A stretch of DNA of 62,407 bases, counting the filler, from Circinaria calcarea (taxonomy: Eukaryota), in NCBI GenBank assembly GCA_051942165.1. It is 32 parts of 32 records of this genome, joined end to end, with 100 filler letters (N's around TTAATTAATTAA, not from the genome) between each part and the next. Parts side by side here need not be neighbours in the genome. Positions count along the whole stretch, not along the records: positions 1 to 1,874 come from JAVECS010004137.1; positions 1,975 to 3,844 come from JAVECS010004138.1; positions 3,945 to 5,813 come from JAVECS010004139.1; positions 5,914 to 7,779 come from JAVECS010004140.1; positions 7,880 to 9,743 come from JAVECS010004141.1; positions 9,844 to 11,706 come from JAVECS010004142.1; positions 11,807 to 13,666 come from JAVECS010004143.1; 25 more parts are not named here. The stretch is one strand, 5' to 3'. Below, in pieces: positions 1 through 12,674 of this stretch; within the stretch, counting starts at the first letter, position 1, and each line of letters starts with the position of its first letter. The notes under the pieces were generated by a model. The model was given only the letters and a program-made list of their open reading frames with translations, did no database searches and was not told where the DNA came from. The position numbers were made by a program, and so were the translations under genes.

Positions 1-159
1 AATTCTGGGAGCCTTGCACATATGCATTATCATGGCAGAACTGGTATTAGATGCTGAACGAGTTGTATGGGGCTATTGACGCAATTCCAGACTTCAGCAT
101 TTCTCTCATGCTCTCTATAAACCTTCCAACCTCTATTCGAAATCAGCTACCGGGCTGGC

Positions 160-903
160 TCATATGAAGGTCGGCAAAGTCCCCGCGGAGCCGATAAGTG
201 CTCTGAGTTGCTCGAGGCCCTCTCGATGCAGATTGAATGCTTCCAGCGTGACCTGCTTTTGGTCGTCTGAAACCAGTCGGTGGCTTCCTCCGTTGTACGT
301 GTCGGTCCTGACATCGTCTTCTGAGACCCATCGATAGTCTTGATGTTCGGCTGGGTCCAGAAAGACCTCGATTGAAGTACCAGAAATGACGTTTCGAAGC
401 CTCCCATGTTGCTCAGCTCCAGACTGTTGGCCGTGATCACCATGGACGCAAGATGAAAGCCCTTCCAGCAAAGCACGTCCCAGTTCCGCAACTTCGATTT
501 CGAAGTGAAGTTTTAGCCATCGCTTTGGACGTGACTTCGGGCCCGTGACAAACTCTGTACCGCTTCCGATTTGGCGGATGAATCGTGTCAGATGCAAGCC
601 CGTTTCCTCAAACACTTCTCGAGCGACCGAATGAAGGATGGTTGGATCGGTGAACTCTGATGAACCTCCTGGTACCTCCCAAAGGTTTGGAAAGGCTCGC
701 TCAGTTGCTGAACGCTGTACTTGCAGCAATCGAGGAAGATCAGACGGCGACCCTCCGTTTGAAATGGAGAAGACGAACGCTCCAACAGCAAGGCAAGAGT
801 ATGATGGATGCTGTTCCAAGAATTTTTGGCGTGGTACTGCTAAGTGTTGAAGGTCAGGAGGAATGTGGATAGAGATTGGCTTTTGAGTTCCGGGAGTGGA
901 CAT
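160..903 (-). CDS. NUDIX hydrolase family protein
   Basis: Complete 247-aa ORF with the Nudix box WEVPGGSSEFTDPTILHSVAREVFEETGL and a C-terminal LDPAEHQDYRWV motif. Confidence 0.9.
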   Translation of the reverse strand: MSTPGTQKPISIHIPPDLQHLAVPRQKFLEQHPSYSCLAVGAFVFSISNGGSPSDLPRLLQVQRSATERAFPNLWEVPGGSSEFTDPTILHSVAREVFEETGLHLTRFIRQIGSGTEFVTGPKSRPKRWLKLHFEIEVAELGRALLEGLSSCVHGDHGQQSGAEQHGRLRNVISGTSIEVFLDPAEHQDYRWVSEDDVRTDTYNGGSHRLVSDDQKQVTLEAFNLHREGLEQLRALIGSAGTLPTFI

Positions 904-1444
904 GATGAATATTCGAAGCTTCTGGTTCTGCTTTGAGAGATTATAGTAGGCTGGAAGTTGGAGGTGGTACTAGAGGGGATTGATGGTGAATGGTAACTCT
1001 GACTTGATAGGCGGCTCTCAAAGCTGACCTGCCCTTCCTTTACATACATTTTGGTAGCCTGGAGAATCGAGTAAATCGGGCCAGGCATCAGGCTCGGGCT
1101 AGAATAGTTGGGAAGGTTTGCCGAGTCGTTAGCAAGCTAACTGGTGAATTTCCAATCACCAAAGGCGAGCCCCTCAGTTCACTCAGCAATATCTTCGTAG
1201 AAGATTCTGGTCGCATAATGTTAACACTTAACCATACCTTATCATCAATGTTGGTGTAACATGAGGTACATAACATTGCTTACATATTCCTCAGCTTCCG
1301 GGCCACTCGCGGTGGACAAATCTCATCAAAGAAAAGCTCCCTCACGAATGCGGGCATGCACTAATCAATTGATATACCTAATGTCTCTATAATGTTGCCA
1401 AGAGACCGAATCTGACAAGGTAAGGTCGCTACACACCATTTACA

Positions 1445-1874
1445 ATGGCAAGTGTAGCAGCTATCGCGCTCAAGGAGCAAGGGAACAAGTGAGCTTCCAT
1501 AAGAAAACTCCCGCCACGTCCTTCTAACGATCCCAAAGGGCCTTCCAGGCAGGCGACTTTAAGGAAGCGGAGGTTTTGTATACCAGAGCGTAAGAGTTCT
1601 TCTCCGGTATGCACTGGTCATTAGGCTGACAGAACCGAGTATACAAAAGGACCCTACCAATCCTATCCTTTTCACCAATCGAGCTTTCAGCCGTATCATG
1701 CTTCAGTCCTGGGACAGTTGCATCGATGACTGCATCAAAGCTATCGAGCTTCAGCGCGATAACATGAAAGCGTACTTTTATCTTGCCAAAGCCCAGCTCG
1801 CCTTACATCATCCTAATGAAGCTTTGACATCTGCCTTGACCGCCTACGATTTTGCGATACAAACCCACAACGCA
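1445..1874 (+). CDS. TPR-domain co-chaperone/E3 ligase, CHIP(STUB1)-like, 5' part with 2 introns
   Basis: Spliced reading MASVAAIALKEQGNK/AFQAGDFKEAEVLYTRA/IQKDPTNPILFTNRA...DCIKAIEL..NMKAYFYLAKAQL is a classic N-terminal TPR triplet. Truncated by the contig end, so the U-box is not seen. Confidence 0.8.
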
Positions 1875-1974
1875 NNNNNNNNNNNNNNNNNNNNNNNNNN
1901 NNNNNNNNNNNNNNNNNNTTAATTAATTAANNNNNNNNNNNNNNNNNNNNNNNNNNNNNNNNNNNNNNNNNNNN
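1875..1974. other. Artificial contig-joining spacer (first of 31 identical spacers, recurring about every 1.94-1.97 kb up to 60470-60569)
   Basis: 44 N + TTAATTAATTAA (stops in all six frames) + 44 N. The intervening segments decrease steadily in length, so adjacent segments are unlinked. Confidence 0.98.
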
Positions 1975-2694
1975 TGGTATCAACGGGTCGTGAACTCTTC
2001 ATGAACTTTATTCCTTGGGGTTTCTGATCTTTCCGGGCAAAGGGGAGGCTTGGAGTTTTAATTAGGGGAGAGATGGAGGGGAGAAGGTGAGGTTTTGGGG
2101 GGGTGTTGGAGATAAATGGGTGGAGAAAGGGTTGAGAAAGGGGGGAAAGAAAAAACGGATTGATGCAGCTTCCCACCCTTCCCGCGGTGGGAAATTTTGG
2201 TAGAATAAGGGTAGTCTATCTTAACCCACCTCCATTCACCCAAGATCCCTCCTTCACCTTCACCTTCACCTTCACATTCATCTATCTTCCATCTTGCATC
2301 TTCCATTTAATCCCCTCGCATCCGCTCCGAGCCTCAACCATACTTTAGGGCACGGAGCTTGTGCGGGAGAACTAAAGGAGGAATGGTAGTGGGAGTGGTA
2401 GTGGTAGAGTTAGGTTAGTACTTCGGTTGGAAATAAGAAAAATAATACGATACCATAGGGCAAGCGTAATCAGCCAGGATGACGAGATAACGAGATGACG
2501 AGATGACGATGAGATAAGAGATAACGAAACAAGGACCCCAGGAACCGAGTCGGAATGAAATGAAATGAAACGAAACGAAACCAAGACCCTGTACCTAACT
2601 AAATTAAAACCACGATTACAAGTTATAATTTGGAATAGGAGTTAAAAGTCCAGCGGACATTGTACGAAACCTAAGAGAAGGGGAAGGGGGGGGT

Positions 2695-3820
2695 GGTAAG
2701 GATCCTTTACGAATAGCATAACGATCTTACGATAAGAGTCAGTGAATTGTGTGATAATGAGCTCAATTAGTTCGTATCAGCGTATGAATTATTGCTGAGG
2801 AATTCTCGTGTAACGCTTCGCGAGGAAAACCCTTCTCGTTAAGCTAATACCTCGTGACCTCGGGTATAGTTCACCCGTAGGGTTCGTAGAGGTTCTCGGA
2901 TAGATCCTTTATAGTGCCCCCCCCTTTCTAAGACGCCGCGTCCCGCAAGCTCAGCTAAAAACAACTCCGCGAAAGGAGAAAAAAAAAAATAGCTGCTAGG
3001 CTCGTTAAAAACCTCCGCGAAAGAAAAGAGTTTTGGACCTTAATCTATTATATTCTCATAAATCCCGGAAATATTACGCGGAGCTCTTATGAGCCATTCG
3101 TTGTGATATACTCTCGTAGGCGTTAATATGCCTTTATAAAATATTCACGAAAACATTCACTAAATATATCCTCATAGGCTCCGCAGTTCCTCGCGGGTCT
3201 TCCACGAATCATTCTTCACCTCACTCTCACTTCGCTGTCTTATAGCCTTGTTACTCACCTGCGAACACCTCTAGTATTCCAGACCTCATAACACTTTACG
3301 GATCCTCTGCGAGTCCTGCGAGAGTCGTTCTCCATTTAGTGTTCGCGAATTTGAACTTTCGGCAGCGCGATCCTTCTAGACTGAGATAAATTTCTCGCGA
3401 ATCGATAGCTTTTCTTTCGAAAAAAACATCTGTTGTCGAGTTTGTTCGCGAATAGATTTCTTTTTAATTAGGCTCGGTTTTTCTTTTTCAGACTCTTCGC
3501 GATCTTTTAATTTTTCGCGGGTTCCGCGATTATTGGCCTGGGCTCGCGATCTTTCTAATATTTTCTAACTTTCTTGACCCTGCGTGTTACGGGGGGCTTA
3601 AGATAATTCATTTAATAATTCGCGGCCTTTCTGCCTTTCGCCTTATAAAACTTTACCTTTACCTTTTCCTCCGCGAGTTATTACCGGATAATTCCCTCTT
3701 AAAAGTTAGAATAATAAAACTATAAGGATCCTCTACGAATTATATAATAATCTTATAATAAGGGTCGGTAAATTATATAATAATAAGCTTAATAAATTTA
3801 TATAAATATATAAATTATGT
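2695..3820 (-). mobile_element. Degenerate LTR-retroelement remnant: ~219-bp LTR (2695-2913), ~800-bp internal region, second heavily mutated partial LTR (3721-~3820)
   Basis: 2695-~3310 aligns with 52879-~53870. LTR ends GGTAAGG...CTTTATA versus intact TGTAAGG...CCTTACA in the other copy. A polypyrimidine run right after the LTR is a PPT on the minus strand. Differences are mostly C>T/G>A. Confidence 0.75.
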
Positions 3821-3944
3821 TGAACTTTTGGAGTCACTCAGAGTNNNNNNNNNNNNNNNNNNNNNNNNNNNNNNNNNNNNNNNNNNNNTTAATTAATTAA
3901 NNNNNNNNNNNNNNNNNNNNNNNNNNNNNNNNNNNNNNNNNNNN

Positions 3945-5375
3945 TCCGATATTCGTACACCAAATGATATCAGAGCTCCCGGTTCGATCAAGCAGTTTCT
4001 CCCAATCACAGCCTCATTAGCGACAACGGCTTGCCGGATTACTGAACCATCCCCCACCACTACATCATCCCAGATGTAAGACCCACTGATCGTTACATTT
4101 CTTCCAATTTGGCATCCTCTTCCCAAGATTGTATCGCCTACAACACTACCGTCCCCGATACTTGTCTGTCTCCCTACTACTGTCCTTCTTTTCAATAGGC
4201 TACTTCTTGCCAATATAATTCCTTCCTCCTCGTAGACTTTGCCTCGTCCAAGATGGTAAGTTTGTCCTTTGATCAGATTGCTATCCGGACACAGTGGATA
4301 CGTCCACCGATTGACGATATCCTTGCTAACGGCGTCATATGCTCTTAGGCTTCGTAACCGCGCGGCGTAGTGTTCTTGCAAAATATGCGTATGGATAGTC
4401 TTGCCATTCAGTTCGTAATCTTTGAGGACGCCAAACAAGAAGCTGGTTCGTACTGACTGATAATCAAAATTATCGCTCCAAAGGCCTAGCACATCAGGAG
4501 TGCAAATATCTATGTAGCAATCAATCAGGTCCTCCCGAACTTCGATTTCGCTATGAGAGCTTAACAACTCCGGGTCGATGTTCAGGTATCTACCATCTTT
4601 GGGTCGACGCCTTATCTCCTCGTAATGTAAGCATCTTTCGGCCATGGGATCAACAACGAAAACCGGTCTTCGGCCTCTACTTTTAGTGCGATGTTCGATC
4701 CCCGCCTCCCGCAGCACCATGGTCATGATGGCATTCTTGTCCTTTTCACGCCTTGTGCGATGTTTTGCCAATGCGGTCTCGATTGGTAGATTCGAGACAA
4801 TATCTCCCGAAACCAGGAGGAAGTCGCCCGCAATCAGGTCCCGCCGGTCGAGATCTCGCATTGCATCTCCAACGGAGGTTCCTGAAGACCTCAGAAGGGT
4901 CAGAGTACGAAACGGGGATGTGGCGAGCTTCCATTTTGACGAGCTAGACGAATCCAGAGGTCAGCATAACTGGGAAATCTTTGCCACGTGGAGGATAGGA
5001 GATCGGACTTTATATACTCCTCGAGCTGGTCCGTATGTGCGCCACAGTATATGAAAATGTCTTCAACACCAGCATTGGCTAAGAATTCCAGGGTATATTC
5101 GATTAACGGCGTGTTTGCCAGAGGGAGAAGACACTTTCAGTCGCATTAACGCCCGCCTTCGTCTTCACCATAGGGTTTACATACCCGCGGCCGCTCGAGA
5201 GTAAATGGGGTGAATTTCCGCTCGTATGAGTCGGCAAGCACCTGGACCCCGAGTTATGATGTGATGCAAGACCAGGGTCCGGTGGGTAACGTACGACCGC
5301 TTGCAATGAATCCTCTCGCTGCTCTTCTTTCGGCTTTTGTTTGGCGGCAACGCCCTTGGGATTCTTGGGCGCCAT
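3945..5375 (-). CDS. GCD6: Translation initiation factor eIF2B epsilon subunit, 5' part with introns
   Basis: MAPK...EDSLQAVV/LADSYERKFTPFTLERPR/CLLPLANTPLIEYTLEFL, GDFLLVSGDIVSN, DCYIDICTPDVL..WSDNFDYQ, then hexapeptide (LbH) repeats. Confidence 0.95.
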
Positions 5376-5913
5376 CACAGTGTATTGGCTTGTTAAGATT
5401 TCAAGGACGGGAAGCAACCGTCAGATGGATATACTTGGCATATGCAAAGCGCATGGAATTACTGACGATGTTGGGGCTTACGTAAGCCGACCAGTATTTT
5501 AGCGAACTTTCTTGCTCTTACCTAGTTACACGAACATACAGAAATTCCATGATCCTTGAATATAGTGCATTGCAGGAATACATTGGTGACCTATGTAGGG
5601 ACTTGTTTGTAAAGCTTGAAAAACGATCTAATCTGGTAACGATTAGGAGAATACAGTAAGTATTTAATTGATAAATATCTTGCTTACGGCGGGTGTGTAC
5701 GACTTAGTGGGAAGAATTTATAATAGGGATCGACGATTGGAGGTGTCTCTTGATTTGATTATAAATTAAAGGAAAGAAATGAATATATAGAACGGGATAG
5801 AATAATATATAATNNNNNNNNNNNNNNNNNNNNNNNNNNNNNNNNNNNNNNNNNNNNTTAATTAATTAANNNNNNNNNNNNNNNNNNNNNNNNNNNNNNN
5901 NNNNNNNNNNNNN

Positions 5914-6610
5914 CCTGTTATGCTTACTCAAGACTGGCATCGACAAGATCAGGGCCACCCCAAAGAAAGATCGTACGAATGCTCGAGGCGGTCCGATGCT
6001 CGGTGGCGTGACATGTCACTTCAAGCGGGAAATCAAGCCGTATCAGGCTTTCGAGATATGGACGAGAGTGCTGTGTTGGGATCATAAATGGCTTTACCTG
6101 GTCAGTCATTTCGTCGAGAAAGGAAAGGTCAAGCCAAAAGGATACACGCTCCAGCCGTGGAAGAAGGGGAATGATCACAACCCCAAGAACGGGGAGAGTG
6201 ATGGGGATATGGACAAGTCACTACATCCGGCCATTTTCGCGTCTTCGATTGCAAAGTACGTATTCAAGGAAGGCCGTTTGACTGTGCCTCCCGAAACCGT
6301 CCTCGAGCATTCCAATCTCCTTCCTCCGAAGCCTGTAAGTCATGAAACACCTTCTGCTACTGTTTCTCCTTCTGCAGACGGTTCGTCAATAGAACTAGCG
6401 GCAGCTGTGGCGGCGAGAGAAATGGGACCTTCGGATGAACAGGTCATTGATGCAGCAGTGAAGCCATTACCCGACTTTAACGTTTGGACGTGGGAGAAGG
6501 TCGAGAAGGAACGCCTGAGAGGGTTGAAGATAGCAGAACTGTTCGCGGGACTAGATGAGCTGCATAAAGAGTTTACGGCAGATGGAGAACCGGTGCTTGG
6601 TCAATTTTGA
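5914..6610 (+). CDS. HotDog-fold thioesterase-like protein (THEM6-like), 3' part
   Basis: LGGVTCHFKREIKPYQAFEIWTRVLCWDHKWLYLVSHFV motif; stop TGA at 6608-6610. Confidence 0.75.
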
Positions 6611-6968
6611 GGAAACGGAGGCGACTATAAACTGTACTATTCGAGATAGATTGCATCAAATAGATTATACACCGTTCACTGTCACAAAAACAGCTCTGGC
6701 ATGTGGCAAATCCTGCTATGATTAACCACGAGTGATTTTGAAAAGTTTTTGAATGGTGGTCCGGTCAAGAACAATGCTAAAGGCGAGCCCCATACAGAGA
6801 TCGGCTAGAATGAAAAACTCGTATTCATGATATCTATATGTGAGATTTATACTGGCTTTACGTACAGGTAAATAGGAACAATGGCCATGAGGGCCTAACG
6901 AAAAGAGCAGATCCTTGTACCACGGCTGAATGCCATCCAAAGTGTCTATTCTTAATCCTCTGAGGAAA

Positions 6969-7779
6969 TCATATATCATCAATGTCATCTTCCTCCGGCG
7001 CTGTCTTGCCGTTTCCGTTGAGCTTCTGCATTTGAATCCCGTCTGACCCAGACATGGCGATAGCTTGACGACCCGTATCTGAAGCCTCCAAGAACGCTCT
7101 CAAGCGCTTTTTGAATTCTTCCAGCGCCTGCTGTGATGCGGCATTTGTCATGCTTAGCATCGGACCCCAAAGGTTCAAGGTGTAGGTGATATATGCGCCG
7201 GCGCCCAGCAAAATTAAGAAAATAAAGTATACGGGATTTCGTAGAACTAGAGATAGGCATTAGTGGTGTATGTTGGCCGAAAGGAGCGCATCGAGACTTA
7301 CCAGCCACGATCTCATTCCACCCAAGCGCAAATAACAGACCGTAAAAATACAGAGGTACCTGCGTTATACCACCAATGGCACTTCGCTTGGCTTCCACAT
7401 ATACCCCATCTGCAGTCTTTTTGAAACGAACAGTGATATCTTGCCTTTTGGCCTCGCTCAAAATTGTCGTCTCCTCCTCCAGGCTCTTTCCTTCTTCCTC
7501 ATCCACGCCCCCAATGGGCGTCAGGTCTTCTTCATCTGCAGGAGTAGCACTTGGTGGCATGCGACCGATCCAGTCATCTAGAGGAGGGGGAGATGATGTT
7601 TTCGAGAACTGAAATCTGGATAAAAGGGGTATTAGGGTCAGAGTAGACTCGCGTGCTTTGGTATAGACACCCTCAATGTCATCCGTTGGGCGCCATATCC
7701 GCGGTACTCCGGCTTCATCATATCGGAATTTGTCTTCGAAGTTCTCCCGTAGCTTGAGCAGTAGGTTCCCTTCCATCAT
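6969..7779 (-). CDS. SEY1: ER-fusion GTPase Sey1/RHD3, C-terminal part (intron 7247-7301)
   Basis: [71 protein letters not shown]. Confidence 0.95.
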
Positions 7780-7879
7780 NNNNNNNNNNNNNNNNNNNNN
7801 NNNNNNNNNNNNNNNNNNNNNNNTTAATTAATTAANNNNNNNNNNNNNNNNNNNNNNNNNNNNNNNNNNNNNNNNNNNN

Positions 7880-8940
7880 CGCCAAAGGTCCTGCTACGGC
7901 CTACGTTTATTAGGAAAGACCAGCGGAAAGAGGTCATTGCCGTTGACACAAAGACCGAGGAGGAGAAATGGGCAGAGGAAGAGGCTCGCCGGAAAGAGAA
8001 AGCAGATATTCTGGTGCAAGAGCAGCTCGAGAAAAACGCCGCTGCACGAGCTGCGGGAAAGAAGTACTGGGACGACGACGAAGATTTAGATGGCGATATC
8101 GTGGATGATACAGACGGGCTAGATCCGGAAGCCGAGTACGCCGCATGGAAGCTCAGGGAGCTGAAGCGCGTGAAGCGAGAGCGGGAAGCCATTGAGACGG
8201 CCGAAAAAGAACGAGAGGAGGTCGAACGGCGCCGGAACCTCAGCAAAGAGGAACGAGAAGCCGAAGACCAGGACTTCATCAATCGGCAAAAGGAAGAGCA
8301 GGACGGCAAGGGCAAGATGGGCTATCTGCAAAAGTACTACCACAAGGGCGCTTTCTTCCAAGATGATGCCAAAGCCGAGGGCTTGGATCGGAGAGATATC
8401 ATGGGGAGTCGGTACCAAGACGACGTCAAGAATCGAGAGGCCTTGCCGGAATATATGCAGATACGGGATATGACGCGGTTGGGGAGGAAGGGGAGGACCA
8501 AGTACAAGGATTTGAAGAGCGAGGATACGGGGAAGTGGGGTACCTTTGATGGGAGGGGACCTAGGAGAGGGGATGGTAGCATGGATGAGCGATTTATGCC
8601 CGATAGAGACGGAGGTAGAGGAGCCTCGGGAGCAAATGCTATCGAAGTCAAGGAACGGAGAAAAGCACCAGAAGGGGTGCCCGAGGGTCCGAGGGCAGGG
8701 AAACCAAGTAATGGTGGTGGTGGTGGTGGTGGTCGAGGTGATTCATATGTTCCAAGTCGGGATGAACTAGAGCGACTCCCAGATGGTGAAAGGAGAAGAC
8801 GACGCTCATATTCAAGATCAAGGTCACGCTCCCCGAGACGGGATCGACGAAGGGAAGACAAGGACAGGAGGAAGCGGAGTCCATCTCCATATACAGACCG
8901 CTATGATGGCGACAAGCGTCGTAGAATAGATGCAACGTAG
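7880..8940 (+). CDS. Spliceosomal protein MFAP1/Spp381-like, 3' part
   Basis: DDTDGLDPEAEYAAWKLRELKRVKRERE, YLQKYYHKGAFFQD, GRKGRTKYKDL; RS/RD-rich tail. Confidence 0.92.
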
Positions 8941-9044
8941 TCGAGTCTATCATCTGCTCTTAAGCAGTCGAAATTCGCAAACCTCACAACGCCGCGCTAT
9001 GGTTATCATCGTGCACTTCATGTTATTTCACCAAGCCATTTCCC

Positions 9045-9743
9045 CTACTTCCCCCTCTCCACCAAGCTCTCCCGAACCCGAACCCCCTCCTCAAACCGAA
9101 TCAAGAAAATCGTCTTCCCCGGCCACATCTCCGTCCCACTATTATGCGCACTCACCGCCGCCGTCATGCCTCCCCCATCGCAGACCCCTTCTATGATCCC
9201 CGCCACAAACGCAGCACAATTCAACTGGTTCATCTCCTTGGGCACACTGATGAATTGATTGACCAAGGGATCATTATCCGAAATCATATACTCGTCTTCG
9301 TTGGTCGAGGAGCGTTCGAGCGCGTCGGCAGGCCGGGAGAACAGGTGCCGCCAGAGGGTCGTGGTGATGAATTGGAGGAGGGGCAGGATGCGAATGGAGC
9401 GGTGCTGGGTGCGGGGGGGTTCGCGGTAGAGGAGGAGGGAGAGGAGGCGCAGGCCGAGGGGGTAGCCTTGTTCGTTGAGTCTTTTTCCCTCCCGAAGAGA
9501 ATATTAGCTCTCTAAGCTTTTCCAATTGGTAGCACTTCCTCAGGAGAAAAGAGGGGGTAGGAGGGATGGATATACCGTCTTTCCAGATCCTGAATCCCCG
9601 TTACCCGCTTTTGAGCATAACTCACCATTTCACTGAAGAGGTAGGCGAAGCTGGCGCGGCTGAGCTCGGCGGTGCGCGTGCGGTTGAGGTTCCGGTCGTA
9701 GATGGTTTTGCGGTTGGAAGGGGTGCGGAGGCCGGATTGGGGG
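9045..9743 (-). CDS. TRS31: TRAPP complex subunit Trs31 (TRAPPC5), 5'-truncated, 1 intron
   Basis: TIYDRNLNR...SFAYLFSEMVSYAQ..DLERR/LNEQGYPLGLRLL...EYMISDNDPLVNQFISVPKEMNQLNCAAFVAGIIEGVCD. Confidence 0.95.
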
Positions 9744-9843
9744 NNNNNNNNNNNNNNNNNNNNNNNNNNNNNNNNNNNNNNNNNNNNTTAATTAATTAAN
9801 NNNNNNNNNNNNNNNNNNNNNNNNNNNNNNNNNNNNNNNNNNN

Positions 9844-10041
9844 GTGATGAGGGAGGCTCGAGGAAAAGAGGGGGAGAGCGAAGGGGAAGGTGGGAGGAGG
9901 AATGGAGAGGGGAGCAAAGGAGGAGAGGGGGATGGAGAAGGGAAGACGGATGTGCGGATCCCGGAGAGGGTGGTTAGGGAAGGGGTGAGAATTGTGAGGG
10001 GGGTGCTGGAGGAGGTGGTCGATGTGGTTGTGGAGGAGTGA
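9844..10041 (+). CDS. C-terminal fragment of a hypothetical protein
   Basis: Open frame from the contig edge ending DVRIPERVVREGVRIVRGVLEEVVDVVVEE*; protein-like amphipathic pattern, family not recognised. Confidence 0.45.
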   Translation: MMREARGKEGESEGEGGRRNGEGSKGGEGDGEGKTDVRIPERVVREGVRIVRGVLEEVVDVVVEE

Positions 10042-11369
10042 ATCGGGCCGGTTAATGGGCTTGGGGGTCTCGGTTTCACACGGTTTTCGGACATCAGATG
10101 AGAGGCAGTTTAAGATTCGAAACTGCGGACTGGAGGTGGCAAGCCACACTCGTTGGAGGAGACGGCACCATCCAAGGCGACCGGCACCTCCACCGCTCCA
10201 AAGCATCAAAGCTATTCACATCCTCCCCGCCAAATCCTACGTTCGCTCCAACCAGCATTATTCCCAACACCAAGCCTCTACGATACCAATCCACACCCAA
10301 CTCCATAAACCCATTACCGCGACACAGCACTCACCACGCACTGTCCACTGTCCACCATCATGATTCCCCCCAAAAGACAAGAAGTCCAAGACCCTAGGGT
10401 CCAACTCTGAAAAAAAAAAATACTATCTAGAACCAAGCCTAGACGGAACGAGTAAATCTATCCAACTCACGACAGAAAAAACCCTTGAGACCTCTGGGGT
10501 CTAGCTAGGTATTTGGGATAAAGCAGAAAGGCAGGTATTGAGATACGGGAGGAATTAAAACGGAGGAGAAGAAGAAAAAAAAAAAGACAACGAAGGCTAA
10601 AAGGGAAAGCAGGACAGGACAGGACAGGACAAGGACCAGGATGGCCAGAAAACCGTAAATGTAAAAAAAAAACCATAGAGGAGAGAAGTGGAACTTGGAC
10701 TGGGGAAATCCATTTGAGGCATGGGCATGGGCATGGGCATGGGAGGTAATCATCGTACTTGTACTGGTACCTGCAACTTTCTTGTATCTACCGAATGAAT
10801 GTAGTGAGTTTTGAGAAATCATTGTTCATCGATCGGATCCAGTTATTCCATTCCATTCCATCCCTATCTATCATACAAGGGGCTAAATATTTAAACCCTC
10901 CAAAGTATACGACGGTAGATGGATGTGAGTGGAGGAGTTATATATGGTACAGAGAGATAGATGGATAGATGGATGGATGGGTGGTCTATTGATTGATTGA
11001 TTGATGCGGGAATTTGCAAGTTAGATAATCCCAACAAGAGTTACACACACACACACACATAATACGCGTACTCAGGCATAATCAGGGGGATGGGAATTTC
11101 AATCGAGAGTCTGCCAATTCTATCTCAAGCAGTCTATGGAGAGTTGATCATCAAGGGGATAGAATACATCTAATTAGTGCGGATCGGACCCCATGCAGCG
11201 TCTTCTGTTCCCAAAGCACCTTGCCACTGCTTTCACACAAGCAGATGAACCCACCATGCAACCAAAGAGGCCATTCATCTGAATCGCCCGAATATGAATC
11301 CACAAAGGCAATAAGGAGATTCTATCGCGAGCCCAAAAGGCAGGTGAGAACTCGTACCTAAACGAAGAA

Positions 11370-11706
11370 CTAGTCATAGAGACTGTCATCGTTCCCAGCC
11401 TCACCAAAGCCATTTCCGTTTTGGGCAGCGTCAGCGGTTTCCTCAGCGGTTGGAAAACGGAAGAAGTTGCTACCGCCAGAATTCTTCATGCTCTGTGCAA
11501 AGGCCTCGTACCGCCGGATTTCGACGTCGCTAACTGATCTCCTTGCTGACTGCATAGCTTCCTCAAAATGAGCTTTTGTTAACTCTGGTACTGGATCCTC
11601 AACCATCGTCTCATCATCGACCATGTCTTCGTCACCACCTTCGGCTTCGCGTTTCTTGGTACGCTCGATATCGATCGCAATCGATTGCTTAATGGCAAGT
11701 TTGACA
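11370..11706 (-). CDS. CDC48: AAA ATPase Cdc48/p97, C-terminus
   Basis: [37 protein letters not shown]...FFRFP...DDSLYD*. Confidence 0.97.
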
Positions 11707-12674
11707 NNNNNNNNNNNNNNNNNNNNNNNNNNNNNNNNNNNNNNNNNNNNTTAATTAATTAANNNNNNNNNNNNNNNNNNNNNNNNNNNNNNNNNNNNNN
11801 NNNNNNGGTGGTCTTAATAACGAATTCGGCGGATATCTTTAGAATTCGACTTGCCCTGATGACGGAGTACCTTTGAGAATTACCCCAGACTATTCTTGGT
11901 GATCTCGATAACAATAGAGTGCTGGGAATGGCGCTGACCCTAGTTATACCGTGACGATGTTTCTGTAGAGTGGTTTCATGTGATTGAGCGATGATATTCC
12001 TGGCAATTGACCAGAGAATGAAGTTACGCTGTGTGTCGAGGCGGATTGCGGTTGAAGCCGCAGACGTCGGGTTTTTGTACCCGGGATAATGAGTGGTCGA
12101 TTTTGGCGGCGATTCTCTGAAGTACTGTTCTGGCTGCATTGAATTCTAATCCATATTGCACGTTTACGTTTTCGTTTATTAGAAACAGACAAGCTTAGGC
12201 GATCAGGAATAGCATTGGTATGGGAGACTCCGGATAAGAAACACCAGCCAGTAAGATTCAAAGCACGGGATAAGTAAAATAATACGCACATAGTTTCTTT
12301 CCCCATGTTGAGAGCGCATCTACGCGCAACCAAGAACACAAATGCACAAGAGGAACTATCACCACGATTAGGTTCGAATCTCAATAGTACTATTGTAGGT
12401 AGTCTGGTGGTTTCCCCCTCCTGTTTCCTGGGAGTATTCTAAATAAAGGAAAGTAATTTTGGGCGGTTGGCTTACCAATAAGATATGATCTTTCCTATCC
12501 AATCCCTGAAGACGAGGCTGCAGTCTCTGAGAATCACTCCGTTAATATTTCTTTTAAAATGGGGAGAAGTTACAACTGTCCTTGATCATCAGAAATTTTG
12601 CTGCCTCCAACTTCTGCTTTGACGCGAGCGATAGATATCCTCTCTAGTATATATAATTTGATAACTGAAGCATA

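Noticed and set aside
11807..12384. Overlapping minus-strand ORFs
   Set aside because: No recognisable domain, and I cannot choose a frame.
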